64,000 nt of DNA from a bacterium (GTDB lineage Bacteria; Patescibacteriota; Minisyncoccia; Phycocordibacterales; UBA12079), in contig DAOWHH010000001.1 of assembly GCA_030641525.1 (NCBI GenBank), positions 2,626 to 66,625 on the forward strand, written 5' to 3'. The translations under genes were made by a program, and so were the position numbers. Under the pieces are notes generated by a model, which was not told the DNA's origin, ran no database searches, and saw nothing but the letters and a program-made list of their open reading frames with translations. Below, in pieces: positions 53,735 to 63,149 of this stretch (positions are counted from its first letter, which is position 1; every line of letters starts with the position of its first letter).

Positions 53735-54589
53735 ATGCTTAATTCAAAAACAGCAATAAAGAGAATTTTATTAGGATTTTTTCTGATTACCACTATTTTT
53801 GTTTGGTACGGAGTTTTGGCAGAAGAACGTAATGGCCTGATGACTGTTGCGTTTTTGGATATAGGGCAGGGTGATGCTATTTTTATTGAAACTCCTAGCG
53901 GAAAACAGGTTTTAATTGATGCTGGACCGAATAAAAAAGTTTTACGAGAATTATCAAAACAAATGCAGTTTTATGATAGAAGTATTGATATTTTAATTGA
54001 AAGTCATCCAGATTTAGATCATATTGGAGGATTTCCGGCTGTTTTAAAATCTTACGAAGTAGATTTTGTTTTTAGTTCGGGAGTAAATTGTGAGAAAACT
54101 ATTTGCGAAGAGTTTGAAAAAGAAATTTTAGCAGAGGGTATTGAAGAACAGATTTTAACTAGAGGAAATATTTTAGATTTAGGAGACGGAATTTATTTAG
54201 AAGTTTTATTTCCAGATAGAGATGCTTTTGGTTTTGAAACTAATATGGCTTCTTTAGTTTTAAAATTAATTTATGGAGAAACATCTTTTCTTTTAACAGG
54301 GGATTCTCCAAAATCAATTGAAGAATATCTAATTTCTTTAGATGCAGATAATTTAGATGTAGACATTTTAAAATTAGGACATCATGGTTCCCATACATCT
54401 ACTTCTGAAGCATTTATTGGTTTTACTAATCCAGAAAAAGCGATTATTTCTGTGGGAAAAAATAATCGTTACAAACACCCTCACCCAGATGTTTTAGATA
54501 TTTTAAATAAATTTGGAGTTGAAGTTTTAAGAACAGATCAAGAGGGGACTATTATTATAAAAAGTAATGGAGAAGATTTAATCTTTTAA
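53735..54589 (+). CDS. ComEC/Rec2-related MBL-fold domain protein
   Basis: N-terminal TM helix, FLDIGQGDAIFIETPSGKQVLIDAG and LKLGHHGS. Confidence 0.8.
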   Translation: MLNSKTAIKRILLGFFLITTIFVWYGVLAEERNGLMTVAFLDIGQGDAIFIETPSGKQVLIDAGPNKKVLRELSKQMQFYDRSIDILIESHPDLDHIGGFPAVLKSYEVDFVFSSGVNCEKTICEEFEKEILAEGIEEQILTRGNILDLGDGIYLEVLFPDRDAFGFETNMASLVLKLIYGETSFLLTGDSPKSIEEYLISLDADNLDVDILKLGHHGSHTSTSEAFIGFTNPEKAIISVGKNNRYKHPHPDVLDILNKFGVEVLRTDQEGTIIIKSNGEDLIF

Positions 54590-54603
54590 AAAAACCTTAT
54601 ATT

Positions 54604-54846
54604 TTATATAAGGTTTGCTTTTTTTAATGTTTTATAGGCTCCGTTTTTGTTGATTGTTTTAATGGCTTTTGTGGATAATTCTAGAGTTATTGTTTTATCC
54701 AATTCTGGAACATATATTTTCTTTTTCTGGAGATTTGGTTTTCGTCTTACCTTTCCAGTAGGATTAAATTCGGTAGCACGAACACGGTTGCTGTATCTTC
54801 CAGCCATTTTTGTTCCTTTATTCGTAATAGGACATATTTTTGACAT
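54604..54846 (-). CDS. rpmB: 50S ribosomal protein L28
   Basis: MSKICPITNKGTKMAGRYSNRVRATEFNPTGKVRRKPNLQ. Confidence 0.9.
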   Translation of the reverse strand: MSKICPITNKGTKMAGRYSNRVRATEFNPTGKVRRKPNLQKKKIYVPELDKTITLELSTKAIKTINKNGAYKTLKKANLI

Positions 54847-54917
54847 ATCTTTTATTATTTATTACGAGTTTATGTTATCATAAAGAACATAATTTGCAAC
54901 ATTATATAATTTTATTT

Positions 54918-55538
54918 ATGGAAATTAATTTTTTATTTACAATTATAATATTATTGGCATCAGTAATAATTCATGAAGTAGCTCATGGTTATTCTGCTTA
55001 TATGTTGGGTGATCCTACGGCAAAACATGCAGGAAGATTAACTCTGAATCCCTTAGCGCACATAGATTTAATGGGTTCTATCATAGTTCCTTTATTAGCT
55101 TTTATGAGTGCTGGTTTTATGTTTGGTTGGGCTAAACCAGTGCCTTATAATCCATATAATTTAAGTAATCAAAAATGGGGTAGTGCCATTGTAGCTGTGG
55201 CTGGTCCTGCATCAAATATTCTAGTGGCTATTATTTTTGGTCTATTAATTCGCTTTAGTATTTTTTCTGGAATTGGTAATACTATATTTTTAGAGGCGGC
55301 TCAAATGGTTGTTTTACTTAACCTTGTATTAGCTGTATTTAATTTAGTTCCTATACCACCTCTAGATGGTTCTAAAATCTTATTTACTCTTTTGCCATAT
55401 CGTTATATAGAATTTAGGCAAATAATGGAAAGATATTCAATATTATTGATAATATTTTTTATTTTCTTTTTGTGGAAATTGATACTTCCTATAGTATTTT
55501 TTCTATACTGGGTTATTACTGGTTTGTCTTTTTTCTAG
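54918..55538 (+). CDS. site-2 protease family (M50) zinc metalloprotease
   Basis: IIHEVAHGYSAYMLGD (HExxH) and NLVPIPPLDGSK. The ATG at 54918 is preferred over 54840, which overlaps rpmB. Confidence 0.85.
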   Translation: MEINFLFTIIILLASVIIHEVAHGYSAYMLGDPTAKHAGRLTLNPLAHIDLMGSIIVPLLAFMSAGFMFGWAKPVPYNPYNLSNQKWGSAIVAVAGPASNILVAIIFGLLIRFSIFSGIGNTIFLEAAQMVVLLNLVLAVFNLVPIPPLDGSKILFTLLPYRYIEFRQIMERYSILLIIFFIFFLWKLILPIVFFLYWVITGLSFF

Positions 55539-55596
55539 ATAATGTTGCTTTTTTATGGTAAATATAGTAAATTAAGGCAATTGAATAAGTATAAAT

Positions 55597-56007
55597 ATGA
55601 CAACAATAAACCAATTATTAAAGAAAAAAAGAAAAAGAATTATTCAAAAACCCAAAGCTATTGCTTTGAGGAAGGGTTTTAATTCTTTAAAAAATAAACC
55701 TACTTCTTATAATTCTCCTTTTAAAAGGGGTGTTTGTGTTAAGGTGACAACTAAGAACCCAAAGAAACCAAACTCTGCTGTACGAAAGATTGCTAGAGTT
55801 AGATTAACAAATGGTAGGGAAGAAACAGCATATATTCCTGGAATGGGACATAATCTTCAAGAGCATTCAGTTGTACTTTTAAGAGGTGGAAAAGTAAAAG
55901 ATATTGGTGTTAGATATACAGTTGTGCGTGGAAAATTAGATGCTGAAGGAGTAGCTAATAAAAAACAAAGTAGAAGTCGTTATGGAACTAAGAAGGAAAA
56001 GAAATAA
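55597..56007 (+). CDS. rpsL: 30S ribosomal protein S12
   Basis: [13 protein letters not shown]...[18 protein letters not shown]. Confidence 0.95.
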   Translation: MTTINQLLKKKRKRIIQKPKAIALRKGFNSLKNKPTSYNSPFKRGVCVKVTTKNPKKPNSAVRKIARVRLTNGREETAYIPGMGHNLQEHSVVLLRGGKVKDIGVRYTVVRGKLDAEGVANKKQSRSRYGTKKEKK

Positions 56008-56012
56008 ATATT

Positions 56013-56480
56013 ATGAGAGGAAAATTAAAAGCAAAAAAAGAATTAAGTCCTGATAGAATTTATAACTCTACTAAAGTAAGTAAGTTTATAAATTACATAA
56101 TGTTGGATGGAAAAAAAGATGTTGCGAGAAAAATCGTGTATGATGCTTTTGACTTAATAAAGGAAAAAGATAAAAAAGATCCTTTAGAAGTTTTTGAAGG
56201 CGCTCTTAAAAATACAGGACCAACAATGGAGGTTCGTTCTAGAAGGGTTGGTGGAGCATCTTATCAAATCCCACGAGAAGTCAGAGCTGAAAGAAGATTA
56301 GCTTTATCTATGAGATGGATTCTAGGAGTAGCAAAATCAGGAAAAGGAACTCCAATGTATAAAAGATTAGCTGAAGAATTGATTTTAGCAAGTAAGAATG
56401 AAGGAGAATCAGTAAAGAAAAGAGAAAATGTTCATAAAATGGCAGATGCCAATAAAGCTTTTGCACATTTTTCTTGGTAA
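56013..56480 (+). CDS. rpsG: 30S ribosomal protein S7
   Basis: [18 protein letters not shown] and [10 protein letters not shown]. Confidence 0.95.
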   Translation: MRGKLKAKKELSPDRIYNSTKVSKFINYIMLDGKKDVARKIVYDAFDLIKEKDKKDPLEVFEGALKNTGPTMEVRSRRVGGASYQIPREVRAERRLALSMRWILGVAKSGKGTPMYKRLAEELILASKNEGESVKKRENVHKMADANKAFAHFSW

Positions 56481-56521
56481 TTCATTAGCTTATAGGATTT
56501 AGCTTTCTAGCTTGTTAGAGA

Positions 56522-56550
56522 GAGAACGAGCCGGAGGCTCGTTCTTTTTT
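56522..56550 (+). terminator. intrinsic terminator directly after rpsG
   Basis: GAACGAGCC-GGA-GGCTCGTTC followed by T6. Confidence 0.85.
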
Positions 56551-56567
56551 CTAATAACCTAAATTAT

Positions 56568-57566
56568 ATGTTTGTAGATGAATTAAGAATATATGCGAAA
56601 GCGGGAAAAGGTGGTAATGGGGTTGTGCGCTGGTTGCATTATAAAGGGAAGGAGTTTTCTGGTCCTTCTGGAGGAAATGGCGGTAACGGTGCTAGTGTTT
56701 TTGTGCGTGCTACACGGGATTTAAATATTCTCCAAAATTATCTTCGTAAAAGTAAATTTTATGCTGAAGACGGAGAGGAAGGAATGAAAAATTCTAAATT
56801 TGGAAAAAATGGAGATGATTTATTTATAGATATACCTATTGGTTCAGTTGTCACTAATTTAGCCACAAAGAAAGAAATTCAATTATTAAAAGAAAGTGAG
56901 ACGTATAAAATATTACAAGGAGGTAGAGGAGGTTTAGGAAATGAACATTTTAAAAGTTCACGAAATACTACTCCTTTAGAATGGACTCCTGGAACAAAAG
57001 GAGAAGGAGGAGATTTTTTTATAGAAATAGAAATAATCGCAGATGCTGGTTTTGTTGGTTTTGCTAATATAGGAAAATCAACTTTATTAAATGAATTAAC
57101 TCATGCTCGTGCCAAGGTAAAAAATTATCCCTTTACCACTCTTGATCCTAATTTAGGAGATTTTTATGGTTTTATTTTAGCGGATATTCCTGGATTGATA
57201 GAAGGAGCTGCTCAAGGAAAAGGTCTGGGTCACAAATTTTTGAGACATATAAAAAGAACGAATTTATTAATTCATTGTATTTCACTAGAATCGGAGAATT
57301 CTCCAGAAGAAATGGTGACAAAATATAAAAATATTAGAAAAGAATTAGAGCAATATGATAAAGAACTCACTGAGAAGACAGAAATAATTGTTTTAACAAA
57401 ATCAGATTTATTGGATAGTGCTAATCCTGACAAAGATCTTAAAAAAATAATTAAAGCTTTAGAAAAATTAAATTCTGAAATAATTGTCACATCTGCTTAT
57501 GATGATGATTCTATAAAGAAGTTTTCTGACTTTTTAATCAAAAAATTAGAAAAAGAGAATATTTAA
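56568..57566 (+). CDS. obg: GTPase Obg/CgtA
   Basis: MFVDELRIYAKAGKGGNGVVRW, G1 GFANIGKST and G3 DIPGLIEGA. Confidence 0.95.
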   Translation: MFVDELRIYAKAGKGGNGVVRWLHYKGKEFSGPSGGNGGNGASVFVRATRDLNILQNYLRKSKFYAEDGEEGMKNSKFGKNGDDLFIDIPIGSVVTNLATKKEIQLLKESETYKILQGGRGGLGNEHFKSSRNTTPLEWTPGTKGEGGDFFIEIEIIADAGFVGFANIGKSTLLNELTHARAKVKNYPFTTLDPNLGDFYGFILADIPGLIEGAAQGKGLGHKFLRHIKRTNLLIHCISLESENSPEEMVTKYKNIRKELEQYDKELTEKTEIIVLTKSDLLDSANPDKDLKKIIKALEKLNSEIIVTSAYDDDSIKKFSDFLIKKLEKENI

Positions 57567-57590
57567 TAAAAAAATAGGATCTTATAGATC

Positions 57591-57875
57591 CTATGTGTTA
57601 TTTGTGGTTTTGTTATGATTTTTTATCTCCTCAAGACTATAAAGCCCTGAAGTCCATAGGCACCCCTGAATAAATCCGAGCCATCTAAAAGTTTTTTCTA
57701 CTCTACCTTGTTCTAGAAATTTAAGCATTTTATCAGTCATTCCATAACAATGATATAAAATACCGTTATTAGAATCAATTATCTTTTCGTGAGGATAATC
57801 GGTTTTTTCTATACCCAATTTTTCAAAACGAGTTTGATATATTTCAATCACTTCTTTTATCTTTTGAGGTGTCAT
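57591..57875 (-). CDS. small hypothetical protein
   Basis: 94 aa. Strong SD (GGAGG, 57884-57888 on the minus strand, 8 nt from the ATG) that is atypical for this window. Contains RWLGFIQGCLW. Family not recognised. Confidence 0.5.
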   Translation of the reverse strand: MTPQKIKEVIEIYQTRFEKLGIEKTDYPHEKIIDSNNGILYHCYGMTDKMLKFLEQGRVEKTFRWLGFIQGCLWTSGLYSLEEIKNHNKTTNNT

Positions 57876-57987
57876 ATAATATACCTCCTTTTTATTAAGT
57901 TAAGAAATAGTATTCTGATTTGAAAATTCTGTTTATAGAATAGATTAATATATATTAATAGTCAATCTTAATGAAAATACAAATTTT

Positions 57988-58017
57988 TTGTACATAAGTG
58001 TCTATTTTTGATATAAT
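57988..58017 (+). promoter_or_regulatory. promoter of gatB with an extended -10 box
   Basis: TTGTAC (57988-57993), 18-nt spacer, TGaTATAAT (58009-58017). The ATG at 58027 is only 9 nt after the -10 box, so the mRNA would be nearly leaderless. Confidence 0.55.
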
Positions 58018-58026
58018 CGCATCTAT

Positions 58027-59442
58027 ATGGAGAATAATTATAAAACTACAATAGGTTTGGAAATACATGCTGAATTGAAAACAAAATCTAAAATGTTTTG
58101 TAATTCTAAAAATGATACAAATGAAACGAGACCAAATGTAAATATTTGTCCTGTTTGTATGGCTCACCCTGGAACTTTACCTGTAATAAACAAAGAAGCT
58201 GTTAAAAGTGTTTTGAAAGTAGGTTTAGCTCTTAATGGTAAATTAGCTGATTTTACTGAATTTGATCGTAAAAATTATTTTTATCCTGATATTCCTAAAG
58301 GTTATCAAATTAGTCAATATAAATATCCACTTGTTTCCGGTGGGGTTTTGAACGATATAGAAATTACAAGAGTACATTTAGAAGAAGATACTGCTAAATC
58401 ATCTCACAAGGGAGATTATTCTTTAGTTGATTATAATAGAGCTGGAGTTCCTTTGATGGAATTAGTGACAGAGCCAGTAATAAAAACTGCTAAACAAGCT
58501 GGAGATTTTGCTCGGGAATTGAGATTACTTTTGCGTTATTTAGCTGTTTCTGGAGCTAATATGGAAAAAGGAGAAATGAGAGTAGAGGCTAATATTTCTG
58601 TAAGTAATAATAATAAATTAGGTACAAAAGTTGAGATTAAAAATCTTAATTCTTTTAAAGTGGTAGAGAAGGCTATTGATTATGAATCAAAACGACAGAT
58701 GAAGGAATTGGAAAAGGGAAATAATATTTTGCAGGAAACAAGAGGATGGGATGATAATAAACAAGTGACTTTTTCTCAAAGAATAAAAGAAGGATCAGAA
58801 GATTATCGTTATTTTCCCGATCCTGATTTACCAAAATTAAAGATAAGTGAAATTTCCGAATTTCAGGAAAATGAATTAAAAAAGGAAATTCCTGAGTTAC
58901 CTTGGGAAAAAAGGGAAAGATATTCTAGAGATTTTGGTATTAAAGAAGAAGATATTGAAATGTATGTTTCTAATGATTTGTATGGTCAGTTTTTTGAAAA
59001 AGTTGTTGAAAATTTTGAAGGAAATAAAAATTTAATTAAGGTTGCATCAAATTATTTAAGCTCTGATTTAGCTGGTTTAAAAAAGAATAGTGATATTAAA
59101 GATTTAGGGCAACTTTCTTCAGATAATTTTTCTTCACTTATTCAAATGCTAGGAGAAGATAAAGTATCTTCTCGTGGGGCAAAAGATATTTTAAAAGTTG
59201 TATTCGAGGAAGGAGGAAATCCTATAGATATAGCTAATGAAAAGAATTTACTTCAACAAAGTGATGAAAGTGAATTACAAAAAATTATTGATCAAGTAAT
59301 AGAAGAAAATCCATCTGTGGTTGAAGAATTTAAGGCTGGTAAAGAAGCTTCTTTAAAATATTTGATAGGACAAGGAATGAAAATAAGTCGTGGTTCGGCT
59401 AATCCAGAAAAAATTAAAGAACTTTTTATAAAAAGTTTATAG
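58027..59442 (+). CDS. gatB: Asp/Glu-tRNA amidotransferase subunit B
   Basis: YKTTIGLEIHAELKTKSKMFC and RVEANISV motifs. 471 aa. Confidence 0.95.
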   Translation: MENNYKTTIGLEIHAELKTKSKMFCNSKNDTNETRPNVNICPVCMAHPGTLPVINKEAVKSVLKVGLALNGKLADFTEFDRKNYFYPDIPKGYQISQYKYPLVSGGVLNDIEITRVHLEEDTAKSSHKGDYSLVDYNRAGVPLMELVTEPVIKTAKQAGDFARELRLLLRYLAVSGANMEKGEMRVEANISVSNNNKLGTKVEIKNLNSFKVVEKAIDYESKRQMKELEKGNNILQETRGWDDNKQVTFSQRIKEGSEDYRYFPDPDLPKLKISEISEFQENELKKEIPELPWEKRERYSRDFGIKEEDIEMYVSNDLYGQFFEKVVENFEGNKNLIKVASNYLSSDLAGLKKNSDIKDLGQLSSDNFSSLIQMLGEDKVSSRGAKDILKVVFEEGGNPIDIANEKNLLQQSDESELQKIIDQVIEENPSVVEEFKAGKEASLKYLIGQGMKISRGSANPEKIKELFIKSL

Positions 59443-59512
59443 AGTATTTATTATTCACTTATTTTTTATAATAAGTTTTATAATCGCAATTTTTAATTGT
59501 ATAATTAACAAA

Positions 59513-60163
59513 ATGATAGAAAAGTTATTAAATTTTACTTCGTTTTTCGCAAAAACATTAATTTTGTGTTTGTTTGTTTTTATTTTTATTTTTTATGGCT
59601 TTGCTTTATTTGAACCGTCTAGAGTTATGGCTGTGACTGATGAAGTGGTAGTTTCTCAAACAGTGACATCTGGTATTACAATTAGCTCTCCTGACGATAT
59701 TACCTTAACAGCTTTAAGTTTAACTCAAAATTCTGCAGTTGGAAGTACTACATGGACAGTTATTACTAACAACCAAGCTGGATATACTCTTTCTGTGAAA
59801 GCGTCGTCATCCCCAGCTTTGGTTGATAGTACAACCAGTGAATCATTTACTGATTATACTTCAAGTGGTAAAGAAGCTTGGTCAGTCTCTGATGCTTATG
59901 AATTTGGATGGTCAGCTTTTGGTGATGATGTAACAGGTCATGGAACTGATACAAATTGTGTTGCAACAACAGATGTTCCTAGTTCCACTTTACTTTGGGA
60001 GGGTTTTAATGGAACAGCAGATATTCAGATGGGGAGTAGTACTAGTGAAACAATTCAGGCTGGAACAGATACAACACTTTGTGTAGCTACAGAACAAGAT
60101 ACTGTATTTGCACCATCAGGTACCTATGCCGCTACCCTCACAGCTACGGCTGTCGTTCAATAA
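59513..60163 (+). CDS. secreted beta-rich surface protein, WxL-like domain (paralog of 61338..62117)
   Basis: 216 aa with an N-terminal hydrophobic signal. Shares these blocks with the paralog: LSLTQNSAVGSTTWTV, ATSESF, FGWSAFGDDVTG, LLWEGFN, GTDTTLCVATEQDTVFAPSGTY. Confidence 0.55.
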   Translation: MIEKLLNFTSFFAKTLILCLFVFIFIFYGFALFEPSRVMAVTDEVVVSQTVTSGITISSPDDITLTALSLTQNSAVGSTTWTVITNNQAGYTLSVKASSSPALVDSTTSESFTDYTSSGKEAWSVSDAYEFGWSAFGDDVTGHGTDTNCVATTDVPSSTLLWEGFNGTADIQMGSSTSETIQAGTDTTLCVATEQDTVFAPSGTYAATLTATAVVQ

Positions 60164-60173
60164 ATCTTATTTT

Positions 60174-61334
60174 ATGACTTTTTTTTCAAAAACTGAAAAT
60201 AAAAAAATACTTTTTTTAATGATTCTACTAGGATGTTTTTTGCCTCTTTGTTTTTCAAGTGCTTATGAAATTAGAGATACTGATACTGAGGTAAGAGATG
60301 ATTTTGTACTTGAACCTGCAAAATTGGAAGCATTTCTTGATCCTGGGGCTTTTGATACTAAGATAATTAGTATTTTAAATAGAACTGATAAAACTTTGGA
60401 CTTTAAAATAGAGCTAGAAGATTTTTCAGGTTCTATGGATCCTAATAGAACAGTTATTTTATCGGGTGATGAAAGAGGTCCATATTCCCTTAAAGATTAT
60501 TTACATCCAGAAGTTGATTCTTTTACACTTAAGTCTGGTCAAAAAATAAATTTTACAGTAGATATTGATATTCCTTTGGATGCAGAACCAGGGGGTTTAT
60601 ATGGTTCGGTTTTAGTTTTGAGTGAGTCTAATGATTTTGAACAAGGAGGTAATACTACAATTGTTTCTCGTTTAGGAGCATTATTTTTTATAAATGTAAA
60701 TGGTGAAGTTACTAGAAGTGGTAAATTGACCTCTTTCAAAAAAATCGATTCTCCAGAAAAAGGAACGACTTTTGAATTATTATTTGTTAATGATGGTAGT
60801 ACTCATTTAAATTTGTCCGGACATATACAAATTTTTAACTCTTTAGGAACTCAGATAGATGAGATAGAAATTCCTACATATTTTGCTATGCCAAATTCGG
60901 TTCGTTTTAGAGAATTACATTGGAATGTCAGTAAATTATTTGGTAGATATAAGGCTGTTGTTGTTGTAGATCGTGGCTATGGAGGTTTAACAGACGAATT
61001 ATCTTTAATTTTTTGGGCTATTTCTGTTAAATTGGTAGCAATTATTCTAGGAGTATTAATTTTGATTATTCTTCTTATTATTTGGTTAAGTAAGACCTTT
61101 GATTTTACGATTACGAGGGAACCCCCCTCCACTGAGGTTTCCGCTGATGCTAATGCTATGGCGGACAAGATGGCAGTCAATAAAAAAAGTGTAGATGATA
61201 ATCAATCGCAAATACAGTCTCAACCAATAATACAGTCTCAATCTCCACCACAAACTCAAATACCAAACGAAACTTCAATATCTGAAATACAAATACCTGG
61301 TTCTGATAATCAAGGATTAAATGATTTAAAATAA
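60174..61334 (+). CDS. surface-complex protein resembling the DUF916/DUF3324 (CscA-like) type; C-terminal TM anchor and Q/P-rich tail
   Basis: Signal peptide (LFLMILLGCFLPLCFSSA), two beta-sandwich-like halves, TM helix (VKLVAIILGVLILIILLIIWL), then an about 85-aa Q/S/P-rich tail. The ATG at 60174 is preferred over 60108. Confidence 0.5.
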   Translation: MTFFSKTENKKILFLMILLGCFLPLCFSSAYEIRDTDTEVRDDFVLEPAKLEAFLDPGAFDTKIISILNRTDKTLDFKIELEDFSGSMDPNRTVILSGDERGPYSLKDYLHPEVDSFTLKSGQKINFTVDIDIPLDAEPGGLYGSVLVLSESNDFEQGGNTTIVSRLGALFFINVNGEVTRSGKLTSFKKIDSPEKGTTFELLFVNDGSTHLNLSGHIQIFNSLGTQIDEIEIPTYFAMPNSVRFRELHWNVSKLFGRYKAVVVVDRGYGGLTDELSLIFWAISVKLVAIILGVLILIILLIIWLSKTFDFTITREPPSTEVSADANAMADKMAVNKKSVDDNQSQIQSQPIIQSQSPPQTQIPNETSISEIQIPGSDNQGLNDLK

Positions 61335-61337
61335 ATT

Positions 61338-62117
61338 GTGTCTATTAATAATAAAAAAAAGAAAATCGGAGTTATTATTTTGTTTTTGTCGATGTCAATA
61401 ACAACTTCAGCTTATTTTAGTTCATCTGGTAATTATAGATTACAAAGTGACTCTCTTAATATGGGTGGAATACTTTCTACATCCACGAATTATTATCTAG
61501 AAGATACTCTTGGTGAAGTAGCAACTGGTATATCTACTAGTACTGTATACGATATGAATGCTGGTTATCAACAAATGCAAAGATCTGTTATTTCTGTTAG
61601 TGCTGCCTCAGATATAAATATGCCTGAATTAAGTCTAACCCAAAATACAGGAGTGGGTAGTACTACATGGACAATTACTACTGATAGCCCAGCAGGTTAT
61701 TCTGCTGATGTTTATACTATTATTGATGCAGCTTGTCCTGATCGTGATGGACAGGGAGCGATTGATTCTTTATGTGACTCAGCAACAAGTGAATCGTTTG
61801 CGGATATTTCAATATCAAAGCATTTATGGAGTGTTGTTAATGAATACTCTTTTGGTTGGTCTGCTCATGGAGATGATGTTTCAGGTTTTGGACCCGATAA
61901 TACTTGTCTGAATGCTGTTGGTGTTAGTGTTCCTAGTGGTGGTTTATTATGGCAAGGTTTTAATGCTAGCACACTTTACCAAATTGCTAGCTCTACACAA
62001 AGAACTGGTCCTAATGGTACAGATACAACTCTTTGTTTAGCTATTGAGCAAGATACTGTTCTTGCCCCATCGGGTGACTATACTGCTAATATAGTAATAA
62101 CAGCTGTGTCTTTGTAA
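61338..62117 (+). CDS. secreted beta-rich surface protein, WxL-like domain (paralog of 59513..60163)
   Basis: 259 aa with GTG start and a signal peptide. The N-terminal motif NYRLQSDSLNMGG...NYYLEDTLGE precedes the shared blocks. Confidence 0.55.
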   Translation: MSINNKKKKIGVIILFLSMSITTSAYFSSSGNYRLQSDSLNMGGILSTSTNYYLEDTLGEVATGISTSTVYDMNAGYQQMQRSVISVSAASDINMPELSLTQNTGVGSTTWTITTDSPAGYSADVYTIIDAACPDRDGQGAIDSLCDSATSESFADISISKHLWSVVNEYSFGWSAHGDDVSGFGPDNTCLNAVGVSVPSGGLLWQGFNASTLYQIASSTQRTGPNGTDTTLCLAIEQDTVLAPSGDYTANIVITAVSL

Positions 62118-62146
62118 TTAAAAGAAATAGTATATAATCATTAATA

Positions 62147-62953
62147 ATGAGTATTAAAAATATAATATTAGGAATTTTTATATTAATACCTACTTTTTGT
62201 CTAGGTGCTGATGAGTTAATTATAGAACAGGAGGTTTATAATATTTGTAATCAAAATAGACTTTGTGAAATAGATTTAGGAGAAACAGTTCTTACTTGTC
62301 CTACGGATTGTTTTGCAGGAGGAGGTCATCCTGAGTTGATAGACCAAGTATTAGGAGGGTCTATTACAATAAGTGATATCAAAATCTCAATAATAGCAGA
62401 TATCATAACCATATCTTGGGTTACTGATAAACCATCATCTTCTGTTTTGGTTTTAGGGGATGAAATAGGTAATATTGAAGAATTTTATTTAGATGAACTT
62501 TATTCTATAGATCATAGTATTAGTTTGGAAGACTTAAATCTTAAAAAAGAATATTTTTTTAAAATTTTGTCTGAAGGAGTCTATGGTGATAATAATTATG
62601 ATAAAGCCAAACTTTTTGTTATAAAAGGATATGGTTCGGAAGAGACAAAAGAAGATATAGAAATAAAAACTGAAGCATTTGATTTGGTTGAAGAAAAATT
62701 TATAAGTTCTACAAAAATAGATGTTTTTCCTAGTGATTTTAAATATCCTATGTTAGTGTCAAAAGAAATTAGTGATACTTATTACCAAAATATTTGTAAT
62801 ATTCTCTCTAAATATTGGTTGGCCTTTAAAAATAATATTATTGTCATTTATATTTATGAATATAAATGGTTGCTTGTAATTCTGCTCGGAATTATATTTT
62901 TATTATTTTTAATTTTTAAGAAAAAAGATAATAAAAAAGAAGAAAATAAATAA
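62147..62953 (+). CDS. secreted Cys-motif / FN3-like protein with a C-terminal TM anchor
   Basis: 268 aa with a signal peptide. Cys motif CNQNRLCEIDLGETVLTCPTDC, an FN3-like ITISWVTDKPSSSVLVLG segment, and a C-terminal WLLVILLGIIFLLFLIF-KKKDNKKEENK. Confidence 0.5.
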   Translation: MSIKNIILGIFILIPTFCLGADELIIEQEVYNICNQNRLCEIDLGETVLTCPTDCFAGGGHPELIDQVLGGSITISDIKISIIADIITISWVTDKPSSSVLVLGDEIGNIEEFYLDELYSIDHSISLEDLNLKKEYFFKILSEGVYGDNNYDKAKLFVIKGYGSEETKEDIEIKTEAFDLVEEKFISSTKIDVFPSDFKYPMLVSKEISDTYYQNICNILSKYWLAFKNNIIVIYIYEYKWLLVILLGIIFLLFLIFKKKDNKKEENK

Positions 62954-62989
62954 GTTTTGTTTTAGGTGTATTTTTTTGGTATAAATTAC

Positions 62990-62995
62990 TATAAT
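62990..62995 (+). promoter_or_regulatory. -10 box (TATAAT) 7 nt upstream of the tRNA-Gln 5' end
   Basis: TATAAT at 62990-62995. The -35 region is weak. Confidence 0.35.
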
Positions 62996-63002
62996 TTTTT
63001 AT

Positions 63003-63073
63003 TGCCAGATCGTCTAATGGTAGGACACATCTCTCTGGAGGATGTTATCTAGGTTCGAATCCTAGTCTGGCAA
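63003..63073 (+). tRNA. tRNA-Gln (anticodon CUG)
   Basis: Manual cloverleaf. Acceptor TGCCAGA/TCTGGCA. D arm GTCT/GGAC. Anticodon stem CATCT/GGATG with loop CT-CTG-GA. T arm CTAGG-TTCGAAT-CCTAG. Discriminator A. CCA is not encoded. Confidence 0.9.
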
Positions 63074-63080
63074 CTAGCGA

Positions 63081-63111
63081 AATTTTTGATATATGAAATA
63101 TATCAAAAATT
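63081..63111. other. perfect 14-bp AT-rich hairpin after the tRNA
   Basis: AATTTTTGATATAT-GAA-ATATATCAAAAATT. Confidence 0.6.
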
Positions 63112-63124
63112 ATACTCGATTGTT

Positions 63125-63145
63125 TGTCCAGACTAGGACTCGAAC
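63125..63145 (-). pseudogene. 21-nt tRNA 3'-end fragment (T-loop plus acceptor), inverted relative to tRNA-Gln
   Basis: The minus strand reads GTTCGAGTCCTAGTCTGGACA against tRNA-Gln GTTCGAATCCTAGTCTGGCAA (18 of 21). There is no upstream cloverleaf. Confidence 0.6.
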
Positions 63146-63149
63146 TGAG

